Positions 54,865 to 64,000 of a DNA stretch of 64,000 nt are shown piece after piece. The notes beneath the pieces were generated by a model. The model saw only the letters and a list, made by a program, of their open reading frames with translations. It searched no databases and had not been told where the DNA came from. The stretch covers positions 160,001 to 224,000 of the forward strand of contig CAWDOY010000047.1 of NCBI GenBank assembly GCA_963803975.1, given 5' to 3'. The stretch is from an uncultured delta proteobacterium. Lineage in GTDB: Bacteria; Desulfobacterota; WTBG01; CAIYCZ01. Numbering within the stretch: position 1 is the stretch's first letter; each line of letters opens with the position of its first letter. Made by a program: the position numbers and the translations under genes.

Positions 54865-56169
54865 ATGAAACGGGATATTTATGAAAATTTAACCAAGTGG
54901 AAAAGCTCAGATCGCCGGAAACCTTTAATTCTCAGAGGGGCACGGCAAGTAGGAAAAACTTATATTTTGAAAGAATTTGGTAAGAATGAATATGAAAATG
55001 TTGCTTACTTCAATTTTGAGGAAGATCCCGGACTAAACGACTTTTTTAAAGGTAGAATTGAACCAGAAAAAATAATTGAGAAATTATCGATCTACCTGGA
55101 AACAAAGATTCTTCCGGAAAAGACTCTCTTAATATTTGATGAGGTCCAGAGTTCACCGGAGACATTAAACAGCCTGAAATATTTTAATGAAAAAGCAAAT
55201 CAATACCATATAGCTACAGCGGGTTCGCTGCTGGGAATAAAGATTGGTCAGTCTGCTCCCTTCCCGGTTGGGAAGGTTAATTTTATGGACCTCTATCCTT
55301 TCTCTTTTGGAGAGTACCTTGAAGGAATCGGAAAATCTCAGCTCCGACAATTTTTAAAGAGTAAAACTTCCCTTCAGCCAATAGAGACCAGTTTTCATGA
55401 AGAGTTGATTGACCACCTGAAAATGTATTATTTCATAGGAGGGATGCCCGAAGCAATACTTCAGTATAAAAATGATGGTGATCTTAACAAGGTTCGAGTC
55501 GTTCAACAGGAAATGCTGACTGCATATGAAATGGACTTCTCAAAATATGCATCAAAATCAGATGCAATAAAAATCACTAATACGTGGAAGGCTATCCCCG
55601 GGCAGCTGGCAAAAGAAAATAAAAAATTCAGATTCACGGAGATTTCAAAACACGCACGTGCAAGAGATTACAATGATATTATTCAATGGCTCGTAGATGC
55701 CGGATTGGTATACAAGAGTTTCAACGTAACAAGTCCTAAGCTGCCACTGAGTGGATACCGTGAAGAGCAAATATTTAAATTGTTCGTACTTGACACTGGT
55801 CTTCTCTGCGCAATGCTCAATATTTCACAAAAAACAATTGTTGAAGGTAACGCCCTTTTCTCAGAATACAACGGGGCATTTGTAGAAAACTATGTTGCGC
55901 AGGAATTCATCGCACAAGGTTATAAAGAAATTTATTATTGGACCAGTAACAACAGCGCAGAGGTTGATTTCATAATTGCCTATAACGAGCTTATTTATCC
56001 CCTTGAAGTGAAATCCGGCATGAGCACTAAAAATAAAAGCCTGAGAATGTATGGCGATAAATATCATCCCCCTGCTCTCTCGCGAACAAACCTGAGAAAT
56101 TTTAATCGAGATCATAAAATAAATAATTATCCATTATATGCTGTGTCACTTTTCCCTCGTCTTATATAA
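54865..56169 (+). CDS. AAA_14 ATPase with DUF4143 / PD-(D/E)xK-like C-terminus
   Basis: GARQVGKT, LIFDEVQ, GGMPE, DTGLL, EN, EVDF...PLEVKSG. Confidence 0.92.
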   Translation: MKRDIYENLTKWKSSDRRKPLILRGARQVGKTYILKEFGKNEYENVAYFNFEEDPGLNDFFKGRIEPEKIIEKLSIYLETKILPEKTLLIFDEVQSSPETLNSLKYFNEKANQYHIATAGSLLGIKIGQSAPFPVGKVNFMDLYPFSFGEYLEGIGKSQLRQFLKSKTSLQPIETSFHEELIDHLKMYYFIGGMPEAILQYKNDGDLNKVRVVQQEMLTAYEMDFSKYASKSDAIKITNTWKAIPGQLAKENKKFRFTEISKHARARDYNDIIQWLVDAGLVYKSFNVTSPKLPLSGYREEQIFKLFVLDTGLLCAMLNISQKTIVEGNALFSEYNGAFVENYVAQEFIAQGYKEIYYWTSNNSAEVDFIIAYNELIYPLEVKSGMSTKNKSLRMYGDKYHPPALSRTNLRNFNRDHKINNYPLYAVSLFPRLI

Positions 56170-56193
56170 ACTTTTTAATACTTCTGTCTCTAT

Positions 56194-58660
56194 ATGAGGT
56201 CTGATGTGCAGACCAAAGAAGAAATTGAGTTATTAATTACAGGTTTAGAAAAAGATTTACATGAGCTTAATGAAAAGCGAGAGCAAATCCAGAAACGTAT
56301 TACCGAATTAAAACATCAGAGACAACTTCTCATCAACCAGATCCCTTCGGATCCAACCTCACAAGCAGATCAACCTTCAGTAACAAACCACTCTTCAGAA
56401 AGCGAAAAAATAACTCTTTTCCGATCACTGTTCAGGGGAAGGGAAGATGTATTTGCCAGAAGGTTTGAAAGCGCAAAGACCGGCAAGAGCGGTTATCAGC
56501 CCTGTTGCCGGAACGAATGGATTCAAGGGAATATGCCAGAAACCAGCGGTCAAATGCACTGACTGTAGTAATCGTGATTTTATCCCAGTAACTGACGAGG
56601 TAATAAAGTGTCATTTACTCGGTATTGATTCACAGAAAAAAGCTGCCCGTGATTTTACCATAGGCATGTATCCCTTGCTGGCGGACGAAACATGCTGGTT
56701 TCTTGTTATTGACTTTGACAATGAATCCTGGATGGATGATGTGGCTGCTTTCATAGAGACATGTCAGTCCTATAATGTTCCTACTGCGCTTGAGCGATCA
56801 CGTTCTGGCCATGGTGGGCATGTGTGGATATTTTTTTCTGAGCCGATTAAGGCAGGTTTGGCTCGAAAACTGGGAACATTTTTTGTTACCGAAACCATGG
56901 AACGGCGCCCGGAGGTCGGGCTTGATTCGTATGATCGCTTCTTTCCCAGTCAGGATACCATGCCACAGGGAGGATTGGGGAATCTTATTGCACTTCCGCT
57001 TCAGAAAAAGCCAAGAGAAAAGGGTAATACCCTGTTTATTGATAAAAATTTTAATCCCTATGATGACCAATGGGCATTTTTAGCATCTATTGAACGCATG
57101 GCTTTTGAAAAAGTAAAAGCAATCGTTGATGCTGCCATATATCGTGGAGATATAGTTGGGGTTAGAACAGTTGCTACCGAAGAAGATGAAACCCTGCCAT
57201 GGCAAGAACCTCCTTCAAGGCAAGTAAAAGAAACTCATATCAGCGGTCCCCTGCCCGAAAGAATTCAACTGGTACTGGGTAACCAGATATACATTGAAAA
57301 AAATGTACTCCCTCCTGCATTAAGAAACAGACTTATTCGTCTCGCAGCTTTTCAGAATCCTGAGTTTTACCGGGCACAGGCGATGCGTCAGCCAACTTAT
57401 GGCAAACCACGCATCATGCACTGCTGTGAAGATTTCCCCAAATATATAGGGCTGCCACGAGGCTGCCTTGAAGAGATCCAGGAACTACTCCTCGCGCACA
57501 ATATTGAAACACAACTCGTTGATGAACGGTTTTCAGGAATACCAATAGATTGCCAGTTTATAGGTATGCTCAGGCCGGATCAGGAAATGGCAGCAGAGGC
57601 AATGCTTAATCATGATACCGGAGTCCTTTCAGCTACTACCGCATTTGGTAAAACGGTAATTGCAATATCCCTTTTAGCACAGCGTGGTGTAAACACACTA
57701 ATCCTGGTACACCGCAGGCAGCTGCTTGATCAATGGGTCGCGCGTCTGAAACAGTTTTTAGACATCGATCCGAAACAGATTGGCCAAATTGGAAGCGGAA
57801 AACACAAACCCACAAAAATAATCGATATTGCCATTATACAGAGTTTGAGCAAAAAAGGAGTTGTTGATGATATTGTTGGTGAGTACGGCCACCTTGTTGT
57901 AGACGAATGTCACCATATCACAGCGCGGAGTTTTGAGATTGTTGCCCGGCAGTGCAAAGCGAAATACGTAACAGGTCTCAGCGCAACGGTTATCCGAAAA
58001 GATGGTCACCACCCTATTATATTTATGAACTGCGGGCCGGTCAGATACAAAGTTGATCCGCGCAAACAGGCAGCCTCCAGACCGTTTACACATAAGGTGA
58101 TCACGAGGAAAACAAGTTTTGTGCTTCCACCATCGATTGATACTAATAAAAATACTGTCATTCATGAAATCTATTCTGCATTAGTTACTGACGAAGAACG
58201 CAACAGCATGATCCTTGGGGATGTTTTACAAACGCTGCAGGAAAAGCGATTTCCGCTGCTGCTGACTGAACGAAGGGAACATCTTGATAAATTCGCTGAG
58301 CTATTATCTACTCTTATAACCAACGTATTTGTATTCAAGGGTGGTATGGGACAAAAGCAAAGAGAGGCACTTATTAATAAATTGCATAGTACACCAGATG
58401 ATGAAGAAAAAATAATAATAGCAACGGGCCGTTATCTTGGTGAAGGTTTTGATGAAGCCCGATTGGATACGTTGTTTCTAACATTGCCTGTATCATGGAA
58501 AGGAATACTCGCACAATACGCGGGCCGTCTCCATCGTTTTCATGACATGAAAAAAGAGGTGATCATATATGATTATGTAGACCCTAATGTACCAATGCTT
58601 GCTAAAATGTATGGCAGGCGATTAAGTGGCTACCGGGCTATTGGATATGAAGTTGAATAA
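56194..58660 (+). CDS. AEP-type (TOTE-like) primase domain fused to an SF2 (XPB/ResIII-like) helicase; indel near 56525
   Basis: N-terminal coiled coil; LFRGREDVFA; AEP motifs IDFD, ERSRSGHGGHVW, GNLIALPL; helicase motifs TTAFGKT, DECHH, LSAT, EGFD, QYAGRLHR. Confidence 0.88.
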
Positions 58661-58727
58661 TTTTCCTGTAAAAGTCCGCTCGCATTTCTAATGAAAAGTG
58701 TGAGTAAACTCAAATTTTTTGCGGCAG

Positions 58728-58788
58728 TTTTGTGGCAGTACCAGGAGAAAATAGTGGTTGATAGTGGACTATGTGGTTGATAATGAAA
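58728..58788 (+). repeat. 61-bp imperfect direct repeat, copy 2
   Basis: Matches 54560-54620; preceded by an extra TTTTGCGGCAG unit. Confidence 0.85.
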
Positions 58789-58868
58789 CGTTCTATTAGT
58801 CTGTAATAACAGAGGAAAATGGAAAAACGGTGGACTATCAATTAATTACGATTTTGCCCTGGAAAATC

Positions 58869-58913
58869 CTACGAATCCGAAGGTCGGAGGTTCGAATCCT
58901 CTCGGGCGCGCCA
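58869..58913 (+). repeat. Duplicated tRNA-Arg 3' half (att site)
   Basis: CTACGAATCCGAAGGTCGGAGGTTCGAATCCTCTCGGGCGCGCCA, identical to 54451-54495; the 5' half is absent. Confidence 0.95.
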
Positions 58914-58923
58914 GAAAAATCAG

Positions 58924-58960
58924 GCACTTAGCAATTTATCAGCTAAGTGCTTTTTCTTTT
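58924..58960 (+). terminator. Terminator after the att copy
   Basis: GCACTTAGC / GCTAAGTGC stem plus T-run. Confidence 0.75.
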
Positions 58961-59081
58961 GTGCTACCCTGTTGATACCCTTTCCCCAATAAAAATGGCC
59001 CCCAGCATAAAGCCAGGAATTTACAACATAGGACCTTCCCTAACCTATTCTCATTTGGCCAAAAACTTGCCACGATTGCAA

Positions 59082-59110
59082 TTGACGCATCTCACCATAG
59101 GTGAGATACT
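59082..59110 (+). promoter_or_regulatory. Sigma-70 promoter candidate with an embedded palindromic operator
   Basis: TTGACG-17-GATACT with perfect ATCTCACC-ATA-GGTGAGAT at 59089-59107. Confidence 0.6.
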
Positions 59111-59292
59111 ACTTACCAACTAAACAGAGGGTATGCATGTTTCACAGCCCAGTGAAGTCGGTGCTGAGGTGGATATATGGGGCGGGAAAATAAATTCTCT
59201 TTCAGCTTGTGCGTGCTGATGAGGGCTTTTTATTAATGTTAAATCACTTTCAAGGTGGTGCTTTTATGAAGATAACTCGAGGGGAGGTCGTT

Positions 59293-59985
59293 ATGGATGA
59301 TAAAAGAAGATGCTACCGTTTCCCCGTTCAGGGAAAAGCCAGTTATTGTAAAGACAATCCTCCTGACACCAACGGGCTATTCATAACAAACTTCAACAGG
59401 GAGGGGATGGGAATTGGCATACCCTATCGGTATAACCTGAGGACTGGCAATGAACTTGATTTGACCATGACCATCAGCCCCTTGACAACACCTATGATTG
59501 TCACAGGAACGGTCATGTGGACTAAGCAATCAGACTGCTATCGAGATTATGCTCTTTTAGGCGGGATAAAATTCAAGAGGATAGACACAGAGCAGAAATG
59601 GGAATTACTTGATTATGTGTATGACAAGTGGAGTAAACAGGCTCATCGAGTCAGCAGCAATGTAGCACCATCCTCAGAAGAACAGACTTTGCAGCAGAGG
59701 CCGACAGAAGACACGACAGTTTATAATAATACTGGTCTTGATAGATACTCGATAGTAGAGAGTGTTTCAAAAGTTCTGGATACAATTGCCATCACGGTCA
59801 ATGACGAAAAGTGGTCTCGGTTGGACAGGCTCCAGAAGCATACCCTTGCAAATACAATTTACCGTACTCTTAACTCAAGTATAAAGGCAGACCATGCGTA
59901 TATCGAGAACAAGGAAGGAAAGAGGCTTGCCTGGCTTCTGCAGGGAGATACAGGAAGTAAATATATGGCGGTAGCAGGAGGATAA
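59293..59985 (+). CDS. PilZ-domain protein with an unknown C-terminal domain (alternative starts 59209, 59266)
   Basis: KRRCYRF (RxxxR), NFNREG, GTVMW, GGIKF; SD GGAGG before 59293. Confidence 0.8.
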   Translation: MDDKRRCYRFPVQGKASYCKDNPPDTNGLFITNFNREGMGIGIPYRYNLRTGNELDLTMTISPLTTPMIVTGTVMWTKQSDCYRDYALLGGIKFKRIDTEQKWELLDYVYDKWSKQAHRVSSNVAPSSEEQTLQQRPTEDTTVYNNTGLDRYSIVESVSKVLDTIAITVNDEKWSRLDRLQKHTLANTIYRTLNSSIKADHAYIENKEGKRLAWLLQGDTGSKYMAVAGG

Positions 59986-60418
59986 TATAGCTTAGAGTTA
60001 AAGTTGTCAGCGCCCTATTTTCTTTTCTGTTTAAGAACAGTAGATTTGCTGACAATAAAAGGCAGGGGCTATAACACCGCTTCTGCCTTTTCTTTTTGCA
60101 CATTGCCCGCTTCATTTCATTAGGTCATACTCTGTGTTTTTGCTTTTTTAGATGGTGCCCGCTCCCCCGACCACCCGCCCCCTTTTTCGACAACAGAACA
60201 ACGGAGAGGTACTACCCCATCTCAGCACACATTTTGCATGCTATACAGGGTATGCCCAACATTCTGGGTGAGAGTGCAGAGGGTGTATTAACCCCAAGGA
60301 GAGTATGTGGACAAGGCAGAGGTAAAATAAACGGTAAGGCTCTTAATGATTAAAGAAAAATGTGTTAAAAATCGATATAGTACATTGTGTTTTTCATAAT
60401 CAAACTAATAATCCTGCT

Positions 60419-61147
60419 ATGAAAAAGAAGAGATATTTAAAAGCCGATCTTCACCTGCACACCTGCGACGGAGTAATTGAGAAGGATATCCCTTACAATG
60501 CCTTTGAACTCATCGATATGGGAATGAAAAATGGGTACGAGGTTCTTTCCATAACCAACCATGACTCGGTTACCTTTAGCAGTTATTTGAGGGATTATGC
60601 GCGGGAAAGAGGTATTGTACTGATACCGGGCATAGAATTGACACTCAAGCGGAAACACGTTTTAATTTATAATGTTGTGGAAAAACTTCACTGGATTAAA
60701 AATTTCAGTGATCTTGAGCAGCTTAGAGATAAAAATAATTTTTTAATGGCACCTCATCCTTTTTATCCATGCTACAAATCACTCGGCAGGCACCTCAAAG
60801 CATGGATTCATGTGTTTGATGCTATAGAGCTGTCACATTTTTACACGTCAGCATTTGACTTCAATCAAAGTGCCATACAGTGCGCTCAGCAATTCGGACT
60901 ACCCCTCGTGGGAACTTCTGACAGCCACACGCTGCATCAGATGAATCATACCTACACCCTCATTGATGCTGAAAAAGACCCTGAGGCAATATTTAAAGCT
61001 ATAAAAGATGGCAAAATCAAAGTGATCACCACTCCGCTCACCCTCACTCACACGGGAAAAATTCTCTTTGATCTGATCATGAAAAACCACCTGTCAAAGC
61101 TGGCGGCAGCGTCTTTATATATGACCTCATTTCTCCCTCGCTTTTAA
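60419..61147 (+). CDS. PHP-domain metal-dependent phosphoesterase
   Basis: ADLHLHT, ITNHD, PGIE, APHPF, GTSDSH. Confidence 0.9.
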   Translation: MKKKRYLKADLHLHTCDGVIEKDIPYNAFELIDMGMKNGYEVLSITNHDSVTFSSYLRDYARERGIVLIPGIELTLKRKHVLIYNVVEKLHWIKNFSDLEQLRDKNNFLMAPHPFYPCYKSLGRHLKAWIHVFDAIELSHFYTSAFDFNQSAIQCAQQFGLPLVGTSDSHTLHQMNHTYTLIDAEKDPEAIFKAIKDGKIKVITTPLTLTHTGKILFDLIMKNHLSKLAAASLYMTSFLPRF

Positions 61148-61255
61148 GGGGTAAAATGGAGACAGATTTATTTTCTGCTTGATTTAGAAGGCGGGAAATA
61201 ATTTCTATCGTGATATTTGTAAACAGCATTATTCACCGCAGTACTGATACGCTGC

Positions 61256-61969
61256 TCAGAGTTCTTCCGGCAATTCAAAATCTGCCCAGATGTGAAAAGT
61301 GCCATTCGGCACAGGAAACTGCATAGGCGTGCCAGGCTGGCCGGCATTTTTCCCAATGGTCAATGTTACATTGGTGAAGTATATGGATTTATAGTCAAGC
61401 TCCACCGTAATATCAAAGGTGCTGCCATCCAGAGGGTTTTCGATGGTTTCATGGATGGTGTTATCCACGGAGTTTTTAGTTCCTAACCAGTGGCCGCTGA
61501 ATAATGGCTCCAGGTTAATGTTCACATCATATTGCGTTGTGAGGCGGGTGAGCAATGCTGATATCTCAATCTTGTGGTCTCCTGTGGGAATGAATTGGCG
61601 CTCAAACAGGCTGTAATAGAGGCCATAGTCTCCAAAGGGAACGGGCAAATCCTTCTCAACTGCGGGAATGCCAAACGCGGGGGCGCTTGCTTTTGCATGG
61701 ATCTTTATCATTCCGGTGTCTGCCTGGACTTCAAGCACTGAAAGCTCGATGGTCGCCAGCCCCAGAACCGGGATCACCAGCGGCTGGCTGCCGGGGGTGA
61801 GCGTGGTCTGTTTTTTTCCGATGATCCAGAGATCATAATTCACATACAGCCCGGCGTCATCAGCCCTTATCTCCGCACTTATTTTTGCATCAGCAGGAGC
61901 GGTGAAGGCAAGACAAAGCACTATTGCAATGAAAGTATTTGCCACACTGGTAGTTATTAAACGTCGCAT
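61256..61969 (-). CDS. Exported beta-rich hypothetical protein downstream of the riboswitch
   Basis: SD GAGGAGG, signal peptide ADA-K. Confidence 0.75.
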   Translation of the reverse strand: MRRLITTSVANTFIAIVLCLAFTAPADAKISAEIRADDAGLYVNYDLWIIGKKQTTLTPGSQPLVIPVLGLATIELSVLEVQADTGMIKIHAKASAPAFGIPAVEKDLPVPFGDYGLYYSLFERQFIPTGDHKIEISALLTRLTTQYDVNINLEPLFSGHWLGTKNSVDNTIHETIENPLDGSTFDITVELDYKSIYFTNVTLTIGKNAGQPGTPMQFPVPNGTFHIWADFELPEEL

Positions 61970-62084
61970 ACGTACCTCCTCATTTTATTATCTTTCTTGT
62001 TCCCTGAATAATCTTTTTTTGGGGGGGTGTCAACACTGAGATTTATACACCGTGCAAAATACATTCCATGGAGGTATTGTATTT

Positions 62085-62175
62085 GCCCGGCAAACCTGCT
62101 GCCATATACAGTAAAACAAGGACTTAGGCCAGTGGCTTTGCGTCCCATCTTTTCAGATGGACTGCCTTTATCAGA
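62085..62175 (-). ncRNA. Cyclic di-GMP-I (GEMM) riboswitch
   Basis: Minus strand GATAAAGGCAGTCCATCT-GAAA-AGATGGGACGCAAAGCCACTGGCCTAAG...TATGGCAGCAGGTTTGCCG: GAAA tetraloop, GACGCAAAG core, CCUAAG/UAUGG receptor. Confidence 0.92.
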
Positions 62176-62785
62176 CATTACTTATGTCGGCAGCCATATG
62201 GTGATACAAAGAAACTGCTCAAAGCATAAGCAATAAAAGTAATAATTTTCCTCAATTCGGCACTAAGGTATTTCTCTGCTTAGATTTTTTGTATAATAAT
62301 TAATAATCATGTGCATATAAATAAATAACTACTTTCAAAATTATTTGGGCAGTTGGATCCTTATTAACAGAACGCTTTATTCTGAAACACACACCCATGC
62401 GAGACATACAATAAATGTATCGGCCCTGCATGTTGAAGATTGACAGGATTTTTTATGAAAAGATTGTGCTGTTGATAAACGGAGCTGTGCGGACTTTTAA
62501 GGAAGCGGAAAATGGACAAATATGATAGTATGCTCTAATATGAGGCAATAAATAAAAACGCCCGGCAGGCTCAAACCGGGCAACCGTTTGATGATTTTAT
62601 TTGTGGGGGATACGGCCCCCAACCGGAGCCTTAATATATTTATCGGTAATTTGTTTGCATGGGTTAATATTTTTTGAAATGATAATAGTCTTACTTTTCT
62701 AATTACAGGAATTGCTTATGGTCAATCTAATGAAGAAGAGCTTAAAAAGAGTTTCATTCAGACAATACAGAAAGGGAAATAACTT

Positions 62786-62971
62786 ATGAAGAACATTGAA
62801 ATGACAGTCGAGGGGAATATTCTTACGATCAAAGTAGATTTGACAAAAGAATTCGGGCCCTCTTCCTCCGGAAAAACAATCATCATAGCATCTACCGAAG
62901 GTAATATACCAATTCCAGGTCATGAAGAGGGGAAGGTCGGGCTGAACGTCTATAAGAAAAAAGTGGGGTGA
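62786..62971 (+). CDS. Small hypothetical protein
   Basis: Protein-like 61-aa ORF (LTIKVDL...GPSSSGKTIIIASTEGN...GLNVYKK) with upstream AAAGGGA. Confidence 0.75.
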   Translation: MKNIEMTVEGNILTIKVDLTKEFGPSSSGKTIIIASTEGNIPIPGHEEGKVGLNVYKKKVG

Positions 62972-63042
62972 GAGTTAAAATTTAATCTTTTCCATAGCCC
63001 TCACTTATTTTTAAAATTATAACTCCTCAACTCTTGTACTCC

Positions 63043-64000
63043 CTAACTCCTTTCCCTGATGGCCTTTAAGACCCGCTCCGGTGTAATCGGCAGTTCCTTT
63101 ATCGGCACTCCGATGGCATTGCTCACCGCGTTGGCTATTGCCTGGGAGGTGCACTGGATCGGCCCCTGCCCCACTTCCTTCGCGCCGAAGGGGCCGTAGG
63201 GGTCGCTGGTTTCGACGATGATGCGTTCGATCTCCGGCACTTCAAAAGGCCGGGGAAGCTTGTAATCAAGCAGCGACGGGTTGAGCACCTGGCCGCCTTC
63301 CATGACGCACTCTTCAAACAGCGTCTGCCCCATGCCGCTGAAAACCTGGCCGTCAAGCTGGCCTTCCACGCCCAGGACATTTATGGCGCGCCCCACATCG
63401 TGGGCAACGGTCATCCTGAGAAGCTTTACCATGCCGGTCTCAGGGTCAACCTCCACCTCTGCTATCTGGGCGCCGAATGAATAAGCAAGGGCCGTGTTCG
63501 CCTCGTATTTGGACATATCAGACTGCCCGCTGGGCGGATTATAGAACCCCCTGCCCATCACATACCTGCCTTCATCGGAATGGAGCGTTGCGTAGACAAT
63601 GTCTTCAAATGATACTGCCTTTTCAGGACTCCCCTTTGGATAGACCTTCCGGTCCTGGAAAATAATGGCCGCGGGTTTAACGCCAAATTTTTCCGCAGCA
63701 GTTTTTGCCAGCTGCCGCTTTGCGTCAAGAGCTGCGTTTATCGTGGCATTACCGGTGGTAAAGGTGCCCCGCTGGGATATTGCCCCGACATCATAGGGCG
63801 TGACGTCAGTATCGCCGGCAACCACCTTTATGTCTTCAATGCGTATCCCCAGCGTCTCTGCCGCGATAATGGCCATGGTCGTGTGCGAGCCCTGGCCCAT
63901 GTCGGGAAGGCCGGTAAAAAGCGCTGCCTTGCCGTCTTCCTCCAGCTTGATAAACACCGACGAGTTGTCATGATCATACATTCCCTTGCCGCCCGAGCGC
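63043..64000 (-). CDS. Xanthine dehydrogenase-family molybdopterin-binding subunit (possibly 4-hydroxybenzoyl-CoA reductase alpha-like); 5' part outside the window
   Basis: DMGQGS, AEVEVDPETG, HDVGRAIN, EGQ, GPFGAKEVG, ANAV, LPITPE. Confidence 0.9.
   Translation of the reverse strand, partial: RSGGKGMYDHDNSSVFIKLEEDGKAALFTGLPDMGQGSHTTMAIIAAETLGIRIEDIKVVAGDTDVTPYDVGAISQRGTFTTGNATINAALDAKRQLAKTAAEKFGVKPAAIIFQDRKVYPKGSPEKAVSFEDIVYATLHSDEGRYVMGRGFYNPPSGQSDMSKYEANTALAYSFGAQIAEVEVDPETGMVKLLRMTVAHDVGRAINVLGVEGQLDGQVFSGMGQTLFEECVMEGGQVLNPSLLDYKLPRPFEVPEIERIIVETSDPYGPFGAKEVGQGPIQCTSQAIANAVSNAIGVPIKELPITPERVLKAIRERS

Larger units (their letters stand above)
54496..58913 (+). mobile_element. Integrase-less genomic island (about 4.4 kb) at the tRNA-Arg 3' end
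   Basis: Bounded by an exact 45-bp direct repeat (54451-54495 = 58869-58913); visibly more AT-rich than the dcw genes. Confidence 0.88.

Noticed and set aside
3595..58660. Apparent mass pseudogenisation or recoding (about 20 split genes)
   Set aside because: The breaks hit essential genes (ftsZ, ftsW, murC, murF, lnt) and look like single indels with intact flanking motifs, which fits long-read consensus error. Only prfB has a recognised recoding signal.
58869..58913. Second tRNA-Arg gene
   Set aside because: Only the anticodon loop to CCA is present; there is no D-arm or 5' acceptor strand. It is an att duplication.
60150..60240. C-rich tract reminiscent of phage packaging regions
   Set aside because: No terminase or other phage gene is nearby, so the resemblance is too weak to call.
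62160..62172. c-AMP-GMP (GEMM-Ib) specificity of the riboswitch
   Set aside because: The position equivalent to nucleotide 20 is G, not A.
61957..62236. Short ORFs on both strands
   Set aside because: They overlap the c-di-GMP riboswitch and have no protein-like features.

Overview
This is a chromosomal segment from an anaerobic Deltaproteobacteria-like (Desulfobacterota-type) bacterium; the lineage is inferred from gene content. About 20 genes, including essential ones (ftsZ, ftsW, murC, murF, lnt, purB), are broken by single-base indels, so these are treated as long-read assembly errors rather than pseudogenes. The left part (1-22 kb) holds a membrane class III nucleotide cyclase, a PilZ protein, prfB with its programmed +1 frameshift, lnt, an acyl-CoA ligase, purB, gmhB, two tandem FAD oxidoreductases, a Kdo-kinase-like gene, a PadR module and an Etf/Fe-S oxidoreductase operon. 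The middle (22-32 kb) holds an IS4 element with an intact 9-bp TSD, an IS66 element without a TSD next to an orphan antitoxin, a bilin-reductase-fold protein, an ABC exporter and a degenerate sigma-54 activator. The dcw cluster (34-51 kb) runs from mraZ to ftsZ and lacks murB. The right part holds tRNA-Arg(ACG) with an integrase-less island, a second PilZ protein, a PHP protein, a c-di-GMP-I riboswitch and a partial molybdopterin oxidoreductase. Four observations stand out: (1) a tandem att-cassette architecture at tRNA-Arg carrying an AAA/DUF4143 ATPase and an AEP primase-SF2 helicase with no integrase; (2) pairs of NrdR-like boxes exactly 31 bp apart upstream of both mraZ and ftsAZ; (3) a cyclase with His at the base-specifying Lys position; (4) a bilin-reductase-fold protein in an apparently non-phototrophic anaerobe. 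All family assignments come from motif recognition by eye; no database searches were run.
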